Sequence record: NC_074653.1
DNA length: 18,212 nucleotides
Direction: 5' to 3' (one strand)
Shown here piece by piece: positions 6,785 to 14,138 of the stretch (position 1 is the stretch's first letter; every line of letters begins with the position of its first letter). The notes beneath the pieces were generated by a model, which had not been told where the DNA came from, made no database searches, and saw only the letters and a program-made list of their open reading frames with translations. The position numbers and the translations under genes are program-made.

Positions 6785-7114
6785 GTGAAGTGGATAACCC
6801 ACATTTTATATGGTGTCCTAATAGGGGAATACCTAGGGGTCCCCCTAAGCAATTCCTTACCTCTCTCCGTGACCCACACGGTGCTGACAGACCTCCTAGG
6901 TCACCGCGGCCTTAGGAGGGCCCCATGGCATGGCTTCCTATCGCTGGCATTAGGCATATTACTATCTATGAATAATTTGATATACGGCATTGCCTTAGGC
7001 TTAACGCATATTCTCCTAGACATTATATCCCCAGGGCGCTTAGCGGTTTCGCTGTGGTATAATTTGCCTTTTATTGCAGCGGCTATTCTCCTACTAGGCA
7101 TAAATCTTATATAA
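6785..7114 (+). CDS. YdjM/DUF457-like membrane-bound metal-dependent hydrolase (109 aa)
   Basis: From GTG 6785: KWITH, DLLGHRG, PWHG, THILLD...G, matching the YdjM His/Asp pattern. The track start at 6728 runs through a T-tract and overlaps the upstream gene. Confidence 0.6.
   Translation: MKWITHILYGVLIGEYLGVPLSNSLPLSVTHTVLTDLLGHRGLRRAPWHGFLSLALGILLSMNNLIYGIALGLTHILLDIISPGRLAVSLWYNLPFIAAAILLLGINLI
7107..7114 (+). promoter_or_regulatory. TATA box overlapping the upstream stop codon
   Basis: TTATATAA ends in the TAA stop of the 6785 gene and starts 26 nt before ATG 7133. Confidence 0.6.
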
Positions 7115-7132
7115 CTGGACTATATTGGACAC

Positions 7133-7849
7133 ATGCGTAAAATACCTATCCCGCTGTTAGTGGCCGCGCTAGTCGGTGTGACAGCTGTTGTTGTAACATT
7201 GCGGGTGACGGTGGTACCTATCCCCGTATATGCAGACCCTAACTTTACGGGACCAATACCTGCAAATATTGGTTCCGCATATTGGAAAGGCGGGTTCACT
7301 GAGGCCCAATTCTTTGCAAATACCACAGTGGATTACAGGTATTTCTATGGGGCCGCTATCGCGGTCTATGCGCCCAAAGGTATTCCTAACGCCACCATCG
7401 TTCGCAATTCTTACGTTAACAATTTAGGCGACTTTATTCAGTTCATTAACTTAACCTCAGGCGTCTACTTAGTCACCTACTATCCAGGTGGCTATTATAT
7501 TGTCGTGAAGTTAGTACCCACTGGGGTTAATGGTTTTTACATAGGACAAGCGCTCAACACTAATGAAATCCAAGTGGTAAATAAGATCAACACAAATGCA
7601 CATTATACGCTGACTGGGAGTGGCTATGACGCCACAAGTGGCAAATTCTTTGTTGCCTACCTAAGCGATACAGGCTCTTCGAATACAATTCTCATGCCTG
7701 CGGCGGGCCAAGGTACTAGCAATACCTTCACTATCAAAGGCTATGACGTATCTCTCAATGTCAACGGCGTCCCTATAGTGGTGAGATACGTCACGGGCGT
7801 GGCTATAATTCCCAGGTCTGACACTAAAGTCACAATTTACGTAAGGTAA
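7133..7849 (+). CDS. MRxIPIPL-family anchored surface protein, paralog 1 (238 aa)
   Basis: MRKIPIPLL plus a hydrophobic helix, beta-rich Y/T/N/G ectodomain, sequons NFT, NTT, NAT and NLT. Confidence 0.85.
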   Translation: MRKIPIPLLVAALVGVTAVVVTLRVTVVPIPVYADPNFTGPIPANIGSAYWKGGFTEAQFFANTTVDYRYFYGAAIAVYAPKGIPNATIVRNSYVNNLGDFIQFINLTSGVYLVTYYPGGYYIVVKLVPTGVNGFYIGQALNTNEIQVVNKINTNAHYTLTGSGYDATSGKFFVAYLSDTGSSNTILMPAAGQGTSNTFTIKGYDVSLNVNGVPIVVRYVTGVAIIPRSDTKVTIYVR

Positions 7850-7885
7850 ACCGTTAGACTTTTTTTATTCCATTTCTTAAACGGC

Positions 7886-8167
7886 GTGAAGTATTTGATA
7901 AGAGGCAAAGGATATGAGATGATTATAGAAAAGAACAGAAAGTATTTCGTGGCTAAGATGATTTGCGTCAAGGTGGCGCTTAACGTAATTGCCTGTTTAC
8001 AATATGACAAAGGGTGGAAACCGATACCCAGAAAAGTGTTTGAGGAGGTGAAAACTAGCGGTAAGGTAAAGGTGTTGGAAATGGCTAGCAATGTACCTAT
8101 ATGTCCCTTTTTACCATTTCTAGCTCTTTCGGCTAGCGAGGTAGTTGATAAGGTGAAAAACGCTTAA
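7886..8167 (+). CDS. Small basic hypothetical protein (93 aa)
   Basis: Non-overlapping ORF that fills the gap, Lys-rich. Confidence 0.7.
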   Translation: MKYLIRGKGYEMIIEKNRKYFVAKMICVKVALNVIACLQYDKGWKPIPRKVFEEVKTSGKVKVLEMASNVPICPFLPFLALSASEVVDKVKNA

Positions 8168-8191
8168 ATAATACTTAAGACAGCTTACTTA

Positions 8192-8917
8192 ATGATGCTA
8201 CCTCCAGGTACGGGACTTTTAGGCCTCATTGCTATTGGCATATTCAACAGGCGCGCTATTCCTATCGCTCTCATTACACTTTTTGTAAGCGGCGCTTTAG
8301 CGGCTAAGGCCCCACAATATTACGCCTACTTTACGCCGCTTATATATTCAGCCATTGCTCTTTACGCGCTAAGACAAGAGGAAAGGGTGATAGAAAGAGT
8401 AATAGGTCTATTGCTGGGGCTGTCCATAATTTGGGGCTCTGACAATGCGGCAATTGCTGACGCTCTTAGGAATATATCAATAACGCTTATCACTCCATTC
8501 TTTAAGGCTGTCTATGATGTCCTAGGCCTCTTAGGTTTCGGCGTGGCGCTTACTTCACTGTTAGCATGGTCTCTCTTGTCACCACGGCTAATGGCGTTGG
8601 AAGAGCCGCTATTGGCTATGGGTTATGTCGTGTTAGGGTTCACTCTATTGTCAGGCATAGTCAACGGTGTCCCAGACTACTTACGCTTAGCCTTAGCTAT
8701 TGCGTTATTGAACCAGTTTTCACGGGCCCTTAGAGGTAATCTGGAAGCCCTAGGAGAGGTGGCCCCAGTACTATTCCTCCTAGGTGAACTTATCCCAGCC
8801 ACCCAGTTGACAGCTTTAGGTGCTGTTGTGGCGATTATAGAATTAGCATTGGGGATACTAAACAGAAAGCACTTAGCGGGTTCAGCAATGTGGGCCACAG
8901 CAATAACATTAGTGTAA
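8192..8917 (+). CDS. Polytopic membrane protein (241 aa)
   Basis: Multiple TM segments. CTTAAATA lies at 8163-8170. Confidence 0.85.
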   Translation: MMLPPGTGLLGLIAIGIFNRRAIPIALITLFVSGALAAKAPQYYAYFTPLIYSAIALYALRQEERVIERVIGLLLGLSIIWGSDNAAIADALRNISITLITPFFKAVYDVLGLLGFGVALTSLLAWSLLSPRLMALEEPLLAMGYVVLGFTLLSGIVNGVPDYLRLALAIALLNQFSRALRGNLEALGEVAPVLFLLGELIPATQLTALGAVVAIIELALGILNRKHLAGSAMWATAITLV

Positions 8918-8918
8918 A

Positions 8919-9821
8919 ATGCTGACTAGACTATTCCTTTACACAACTCACGCGATAGCGCTAGTTTCAGCATTAATAGTATTGGCTATATTCGGTATCT
9001 CACTCTCCTCCCTCGTGGCGGCCGCGCTAGTATACGCATATGTCTATGGCTTGATACAATTTTGGACAAGGCATGAATTGCCGCCACCTCTTTTAGTGTT
9101 CTTATATATAATTGCATTTTTCGGCCTCATAGGGGAGACCCAGTTTATAGTGGCGGCCTCCGTAATAGTGGCGGCGTTTATGTTGAAAGAGCTGAAAATT
9201 GTAAAGGGTAATCCTCTTGACGCGGCAGTCAGTGGATTAAAGCTAGCTGTCTTAGGAGGCTTACTCCGCATAGGATTATTGACAGTAGCCCCTATTTATG
9301 AGGCCCTCAAGGTCCTAAGACGTTCTCCGATTTTAGCCATTACAATGCTGTTATCATTTCTACTCACGATATTTGCGCTTCTCTCCTCACTACTACATAT
9401 AGAGTATACAGTCCTCTCCACAGGACCGCTAAGCGGTGTATACGGTTTTCTGGACCCAGGTAATCCGTTTTTATGGGCTGGCGTAATTGCATATGAGGAG
9501 TTGATAGGTAGGCCTATTCCCATTGCCGACGCATTTTTCGTGCTATTGCACTATCCCTCTAGGGCCGTATACGCTTTTGATAAAATCACCAAAGACCCTC
9601 TATTGGCTACCGCTTTCGCCTTATTCGTGCTAACGGTAATACATATTGGGACAAGGTGGCTGTGGGACCTCTATAAGAAATACGGCTTTATAGGTTCACT
9701 GTCAGGCCACGCGGTCTACAATGCTGTACTATCGGCGAATTGGACGACTTTCTTATTACTATTTGTTCTTGGAATTGCGGCTTATATCTATGAGAAAACA
9801 TTAAAATCTGAGGCGATATGA
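8919..9821 (+). CDS. CPBP (Rce1/Abi, type II CAAX) family intramembrane protease (300 aa)
   Basis: EELIGR (E193,E194,R198) = EExxxR. FVLLH (F207-H211) = FxxxH. LYKKYG...HAVYN (H264-N268) = HxxxN. Polytopic. Confidence 0.75.
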   Translation: MLTRLFLYTTHAIALVSALIVLAIFGISLSSLVAAALVYAYVYGLIQFWTRHELPPPLLVFLYIIAFFGLIGETQFIVAASVIVAAFMLKELKIVKGNPLDAAVSGLKLAVLGGLLRIGLLTVAPIYEALKVLRRSPILAITMLLSFLLTIFALLSSLLHIEYTVLSTGPLSGVYGFLDPGNPFLWAGVIAYEELIGRPIPIADAFFVLLHYPSRAVYAFDKITKDPLLATAFALFVLTVIHIGTRWLWDLYKKYGFIGSLSGHAVYNAVLSANWTTFLLLFVLGIAAYIYEKTLKSEAI

Positions 9822-10213
9822 CAGCCATGTACAGATACCTAATACTCCTTCTAGCCACAGTGTTAGGCATAGGGACCGCCACGGTGATTACCTCATATAA
9901 TACGCTTGACGGCGTCTATAACGGGACAGTCCTTATCTACAATGGTACCTATTACCTCGTGCAGGGAAGAGAGTTAAACCTTAGTAATGTGGTGATAGCT
10001 AACGGTATAGTTGTTGTTAACGGAAACGGATACGCTATAGCCTCTAAGCTTAGCTGTGAAACTAAGAGTGGCATATTAAACGGCTTAATAGTCCTAAAAG
10101 GAGGTGGCTATGTGGTTTTAGGGGGACAAGAGATTAGGGTGGGTGACTACGTTGTCATTAATGGTACGGCGCTATTAATGAACGCGTGCGTGTATCATTC
10201 TTTAAAACGATAG
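9818..10213 (+). CDS. Membrane-anchored beta-hairpin-rich glycoprotein (131 aa)
   Basis: ATGA overlap with the protease gene, N-terminal TM, repeated NG turns, NGT x3 and NLS sequons. Confidence 0.8.
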   Translation: MTAMYRYLILLLATVLGIGTATVITSYNTLDGVYNGTVLIYNGTYYLVQGRELNLSNVVIANGIVVVNGNGYAIASKLSCETKSGILNGLIVLKGGGYVVLGGQEIRVGDYVVINGTALLMNACVYHSLKR

Positions 10214-10241
10214 GTTTTTTAACTAAACTATAATCCTTTTT

Positions 10242-10661
10242 GTGAGGCGCCTAATTGCTATCATATTGCTAGTAGTATTGCTGATATACTCCATATACAT
10301 GGCTTATTCCCAACCACGTTCTCCGAACGTTGTTATTGTGAGGCCTCAACAAGCACAGCCAGAAACCCAGACTGCCACTCCCCCTTCTGCACAGGTTCAG
10401 CCACTACCTCTCTTAGCCGTGTGTAATGCTATATATCTAAAGATAGGTAATACACAACTGTGCGGGACCATAACAAGCTTATTTTATACTACTACAGGCT
10501 ATCAAATTGCCATGAAAAGCGGGTGGATTAGTGGACAATTCATTATAGTGAGGCCTCCTATTTGTTCAGTCAACACTACAGGGAATGTAGTCAATATCCC
10601 ATGTGACGTGGAGGTCCTAATCCCTACGCGGCCTATAGAACCCTCCACTACCGTGTCATGA
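10242..10661 (+). CDS. Membrane-anchored protein with Q/P/T linker (139 aa)
   Basis: MRR plus TM helix, PQQAQPETQTATPP linker, 4-Cys beta domain. Confidence 0.8.
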   Translation: MRRLIAIILLVVLLIYSIYMAYSQPRSPNVVIVRPQQAQPETQTATPPSAQVQPLPLLAVCNAIYLKIGNTQLCGTITSLFYTTTGYQIAMKSGWISGQFIIVRPPICSVNTTGNVVNIPCDVEVLIPTRPIEPSTTVS

Positions 10662-10663
10662 TT

Positions 10664-10717
10664 TTTTACTGCTCGAGGTAAATTATTTCGGCGCATTTTT
10701 TACCTCGGAGAGTAAAA
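10664..10717. other. Long intergenic stem-loop/inverted repeat
   Basis: TTTTACT (10664-70) pairs with AGTAAAA (10711-17). GAGGTAAA (10675-82) pairs with TTTACCTC (10699-706). CTC/GAG pairs between them with bulges. Confidence 0.6.
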
Positions 10718-10820
10718 CCCCCCCTCAATAGACCCTAGTGAGACAGCTTCAAGAAAGCCACACCTGTTTTCTGGGGAAAGAAGTAAGTTATCTTTTTTTA
10801 TACCTTCCCTTTTTAATACC

Positions 10821-11042
10821 ATGGTATTAGAATTGTTTAAGGCTAAGGAGAGGCCTCCCATATGCATAGTTGAACCAATGCCTAATGGGGACTTTACGCT
10901 ACAATGTGACGTCACTAAAGAGACCGCTAGACGGTTAATTGATAAGGAGAAGGTCTGTGTCATTGAGTTTGACGTGAAGAGCGGTAAGCCGATATCCTAT
11001 TGTGGTCCAGGTAAAGACGTGGTTACTAGGATATTCCTGTAA
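10821..11042 (+). CDS. Small 4-Cys hypothetical protein (73 aa)
   Basis: TTTTTATA about 27 nt upstream. TAATG overlap with the next gene. Confidence 0.75.
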   Translation: MVLELFKAKERPPICIVEPMPNGDFTLQCDVTKETARRLIDKEKVCVIEFDVKSGKPISYCGPGKDVVTRIFL

Positions 11043-11509
11043 TGTGGCGCAAACTAACGGTTTTTGTCTACCTCATTTTTTTGGGAATTTCATGGCTACA
11101 ATTGACGTGGTTTTTCGGATATCCTAGCGTGGGCGGTTTCGTGTTGACGCCTAGCGCGCACCCCTATATCCCTCCACTAAGCCTTGTTATCACAGTCCCC
11201 TCAAACATGTGTGAAGGGTGGGCGGTGAAGCTAGTAAAGGCGAATTTTTACGGCGTTGGTATATACCTCCCTGTGGTCCACTATTTCGCAAAGGCTGGCT
11301 CTATAACCTATGAGGTTTTCAATTATTACCAATTCGGTGACGTGGTGGGCTATTTTAGGGCCCTCCTATTCCCTCAATGGACCGCGATACCTTATAATGG
11401 GACATGCGTGGCTAAGGTGGTGTTTATAATTCCTGCACCTGTCGTGATTCTAATTAGTATAATAGCGCTAACAACGCGGTTTTACCTAGGCCTAAAGCGA
11501 ATTTGGTGA
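11042..11509 (+). CDS. Membrane protein with N- and C-terminal TM helices (155 aa)
   Basis: Hydrophobic termini, beta-rich middle with 2 Cys and an NGT sequon. Confidence 0.8.
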   Translation: MWRKLTVFVYLIFLGISWLQLTWFFGYPSVGGFVLTPSAHPYIPPLSLVITVPSNMCEGWAVKLVKANFYGVGIYLPVVHYFAKAGSITYEVFNYYQFGDVVGYFRALLFPQWTAIPYNGTCVAKVVFIIPAPVVILISIIALTTRFYLGLKRIW

Positions 11510-11532
11510 CATTTAATCACGGAGAAGAAAGA

Positions 11533-11540
11533 TTTATAAA
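11533..11540 (+). promoter_or_regulatory. Strong consensus TATA box
   Basis: TTTATAAA preceded by purine-rich GAGAAGAAAG, starting 29 nt before ATG 11562. Confidence 0.7.
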
Positions 11541-11561
11541 GCACGGCTTGTGACTAGTTTA

Positions 11562-11819
11562 ATGTCAACTAACTTAGGCGAATACCCCGACAGGATTCAG
11601 GGTACACCATACGTTGAACAGGTGGAGGAGAAGTATAAGCTGAAAGTGGCTATCGGAATTTGCAATGCTCTCCGTGAGGCCGACCCCGAGAGCTTTCGTG
11701 CGCTAGGCGGTTTTGAGGAGTGTGTTAGGGCCGCGTCAAGATGGGCTGACTACAATTTTGACATGTGGAAAGTCAATTGGCCTAAGAGTGTGAGCGCCGC
11801 TATTACCGCGTTCAAATAA
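11562..11819 (+). CDS. Small alpha-helical protein (85 aa), candidate major nucleocapsid protein
   Basis: Monocistronic unit with consensus promoter and T-tract terminator. ATG 11562 fits leaderless spacing better than 11550. The structural role is inferred. Confidence 0.7.
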   Translation: MSTNLGEYPDRIQGTPYVEQVEEKYKLKVAIGICNALREADPESFRALGGFEECVRAASRWADYNFDMWKVNWPKSVSAAITAFK

Positions 11820-11820
11820 C

Positions 11821-11834
11821 CTTCCTTTTTTCTT
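11821..11834 (+). terminator. Oligo-T/pyrimidine archaeal terminator
   Basis: CTTCCTTTTTTCTT immediately after the stop codon. Confidence 0.6.
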
Positions 11835-11871
11835 ATCGTTAGATTTTTTAGACTAAAAAGTAAGCCTCACA

Positions 11872-12207
11872 ATGAGAATTATCACCCTATTGAAAGCGCT
11901 TTACGGTAAGCGTGGGTACTATTACTATAGTGGCCTTGTGGCTAAAATTGCAGGTAAAGAGTGTCTATGCAGGCTAGTACACGCGATACTCATATATCAA
12001 CTTAAGTACCACAAGAGGCTTTTACAGCCAGAGGACGAGAAAAATCTTTATATTGAGTTTTTGAGGGACAATTGTGGAGAGCATTATCAGCAATTTATGG
12101 ACGTACTTAATGGAAAGCTTGACATTGATAGTGCAATTCATAGCCTCATTAATAGAGTCCCCCATAGCTGCGATAATCACAGGGTCAATCTTAGCGCTAG
12201 CGGGTAG
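11872..12207 (+). CDS. Hypothetical protein (111 aa)
   Basis: ATG 27 nt after TTTTTAGA. The 3' end overlaps the next ORF. Confidence 0.7.
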   Translation: MRIITLLKALYGKRGYYYYSGLVAKIAGKECLCRLVHAILIYQLKYHKRLLQPEDEKNLYIEFLRDNCGEHYQQFMDVLNGKLDIDSAIHSLINRVPHSCDNHRVNLSASG

Positions 12208-12292
12208 GTACGTTGTCTACGGCGTAGGCCTTACGCTTATTGCCTATGGAGTTATACGTCTAGCCTTGGCATTTTTTGGTATTAGCCTTTAG
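12110..12292 (+). CDS. Small two-TM membrane protein (60 aa)
   Basis: MESLTLIVQF...AFFGISL is strongly hydrophobic. ATG 12110 is preferred over 12074. Confidence 0.6.
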   Translation: MESLTLIVQFIASLIESPIAAIITGSILALAGRYVVYGVGLTLIAYGVIRLALAFFGISL

Positions 12293-12355
12293 ATACTTAA
12301 ACGCAGCGTGTTGACAAATTTCAAAATCTCGGTTTTTCCTTTTTGACAAATATTA

Positions 12356-12370
12356 AAGATGCGCTTTATA
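12356..12370 (+). repeat. Exact 15-bp copy of left-end element AAGATGCGCTTTATA
   Basis: Identical to 342-356. Preceded by two TTGACAAAT direct repeats (12311, 12343). Confidence 0.85.
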
Positions 12371-12417
12371 GACCCCGCGTATCGCTCGAGGACTAAATAA
12401 GCTACTAAATTCTTAAA

Positions 12418-12431
12418 TATACTATAGTATA
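12418..12431. promoter_or_regulatory. Perfect 14-bp palindrome TATACTATAGTATA, candidate operator
   Basis: Lies between the TATA-like CTTAAATA (12412-19) and GTG 12437. Confidence 0.55.
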
Positions 12432-12436
12432 ATAAC

Positions 12437-12727
12437 GTGGCTAAAGAAATTAAGGAAAAGGAGGGCGGCTATATAAGAGCCAGCGAATTACTACACCAAA
12501 TAGACGTTGACACGCTTAATGCTATGGCTAAGCACTTAGCCACTTCTCCGAAACTGGCTTTTCGCACTATCCGTGACGTTCTCTCACAGCATGGCATATA
12601 CGTGTCTCGGATTATGGAATTGATAGTGGGTGACAAGGCGATAGAAATTTTCACCCATAATTTGTACATTAGGCTAGTCCCCTACAAAAACGGAGAGTGG
12701 GACGTGGAGGCAAAAATACTCAGATAA
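12437..12727 (+). CDS. Hypothetical protein, possible wHTH DNA-binding protein (96 aa)
   Basis: TLNAMAKHLATSPKLAFRTIRDVLSQHGI resembles an HTH and is followed by beta strands. The fold call is tentative. Confidence 0.7.
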   Translation: MAKEIKEKEGGYIRASELLHQIDVDTLNAMAKHLATSPKLAFRTIRDVLSQHGIYVSRIMELIVGDKAIEIFTHNLYIRLVPYKNGEWDVEAKILR

Positions 12728-12755
12728 GCTTATTTATTCGCACACTTTCTAGCTT

Positions 12756-13559
12756 ATGAGAATACCTATACCGCTAATATTCGCGGCCGTTATAACGCTT
12801 ACCTCAGTCACGTTAGTATTTAAGGTGGCGGTGACGGTTTTAGGAAGTTATGACCCCTCCTATGCGGCCTTTAACGGTACTCACGTTGTTTCTCTGGCTT
12901 TACCCTCCACGACTTACGTATACGTCTACGGTGGAGGAGGTGGGACAGCCACTTATGCAGGCGCTACCACAACCTACCAATATCAGTGTTTCGGTTCAGC
13001 ATGCACCACAGGGAGTGATTTCGGCGCTTATTTCCCTGTATTGATTACTGTCAATAGCGGAAGCTATCCCTTTGATACCACCATAGAGGTTTCTCAGCCT
13101 TATGGGCGCACTACCTATAAGGTAAGGGTAGTGCTATACAGTGACGGAAATGGGTGGGTGGCAGGACAGTCTGCCACGAGTCTGGGTGCGGGACAAATAG
13201 GGTATAGTATACCTGTGAAATGGTATCAGTCCTCTGGTGGACGAATATGGATATATCCGATAGACCGTGGCCGTATAAGTAGGAGTCTATCAGAGGGGTG
13301 TAGTGTGGCGGGACTGGGAGGCGCCTTATATAAATACGTGGTGTCAATTCAGACAGGTCAGATGTATGACTGCTCAAGCGCTTCATGGGGGAGTGGTACT
13401 TTCAAATTCTCCACGATAGCCTCCTCCACTACCACAGCCACGTGGTCCATAGGGTGGATTACACAGCGTGTTAGCGGTTCTAGCTATGACATTACTATTC
13501 ACTACGCGCCCCTTATTTTCATTTCTCCCGCTACTCACTTCACCGTAAAGCCGCAATGA
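12756..13559 (+). CDS. MRxIPIPL-family anchored surface protein, paralog 2 (267 aa)
   Basis: MRIPIPLIF plus a hydrophobic helix, G/S/T/Y-rich ectodomain, G5 run, 4 Cys. Confidence 0.85.
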   Translation: MRIPIPLIFAAVITLTSVTLVFKVAVTVLGSYDPSYAAFNGTHVVSLALPSTTYVYVYGGGGGTATYAGATTTYQYQCFGSACTTGSDFGAYFPVLITVNSGSYPFDTTIEVSQPYGRTTYKVRVVLYSDGNGWVAGQSATSLGAGQIGYSIPVKWYQSSGGRIWIYPIDRGRISRSLSEGCSVAGLGGALYKYVVSIQTGQMYDCSSASWGSGTFKFSTIASSTTTATWSIGWITQRVSGSSYDITIHYAPLIFISPATHFTVKPQ

Positions 13560-13699
13560 TAATTTGCCACAAAAACAGGCAAATAATTGAAACCTATGCT
13601 GAAAAAGTCTATCGGTACAAAGACCTTTATTGCGCGGAGGTGGGGGACATAATCGCTGACTTCATTATCCGCTTAGGCGGCGTTTATACTAAAGAATAA
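13556..13699 (+). CDS. Small hypothetical protein (47 aa), not in the ORF track
   Basis: ATGA overlap with the upstream stop. MIICHKNRQIIETYAEKVYRYKDLYCAEVGDIIADFIIRLGGVYTKE fills the gap up to the next TATA box. Confidence 0.65.
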   Translation: MIICHKNRQIIETYAEKVYRYKDLYCAEVGDIIADFIIRLGGVYTKE

Positions 13700-13702
13700 A
13701 AC

Positions 13703-13710
13703 TTTTAAAA
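13703..13710 (+). promoter_or_regulatory. TATA box
   Basis: TTTTAAAA starts 28 nt before ATG 13731. Confidence 0.55.
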
Positions 13711-13730
13711 TAACACTTCTTCTTTTATTC

Positions 13731-14138
13731 ATGGCGAAAAACTCTAAATTCCAAAAATCGGCTGACGGCTTAGAATACTACATAGGGTCCGTATTACGGA
13801 TACTGTTCAAAAACGGTTCTATGGACATTATCTTATTGCAAGACGGCGTTTATAACTTCTTAGGTGAGTGGACCTACAACGGGCGCAAATACCTATGCGC
13901 GGTGGAAAAGCGCTTACCTATGCTAGTGATTAGCGCCTCCCCACACTCAACAGAAACACCAGTTGAGGCCTCATATTACAAAATGTTCGTGAACAAACCT
14001 GTCGTGATTATAAACGAGGGTCCGAAAATTGAGGGCGTGTTAATGTCCGTCTATCCTCAAGCGCTTTACGTTCAAACTAGCGAGGGTCTCGCGATTATCC
14101 CAGTAAGAGGACTAATAGCTGTATGCAGTCCACAATGA
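13731..14138 (+). CDS. Probable tandem Sm/Hfq-like (SH3-type barrel) protein (135 aa)
   Basis: Two halves: YYIGSVLRILFKNG... and MFVNKPVVIINEGPKIEGVL...IIPVRGLIAV, with Sm1/Sm2-like patterns. Confidence 0.55.
   Translation: MAKNSKFQKSADGLEYYIGSVLRILFKNGSMDIILLQDGVYNFLGEWTYNGRKYLCAVEKRLPMLVISASPHSTETPVEASYYKMFVNKPVVIINEGPKIEGVLMSVYPQALYVQTSEGLAIIPVRGLIAVCSPQ

Noticed and set aside
7133-7220. Class III (pilin/archaellin) signal peptide in the IPIPL paralogs
   Set aside because: There is no Gly/Ala/Ser cleavage residue after the basic N-terminus, and the IPIP prolines do not fit the PibD consensus.
199-13747. GCGAAAAATCT-like motif at 200, 3071 and (with one indel) 13734
   Set aside because: Short, A-rich and inconsistently placed relative to starts, so plausible by chance.
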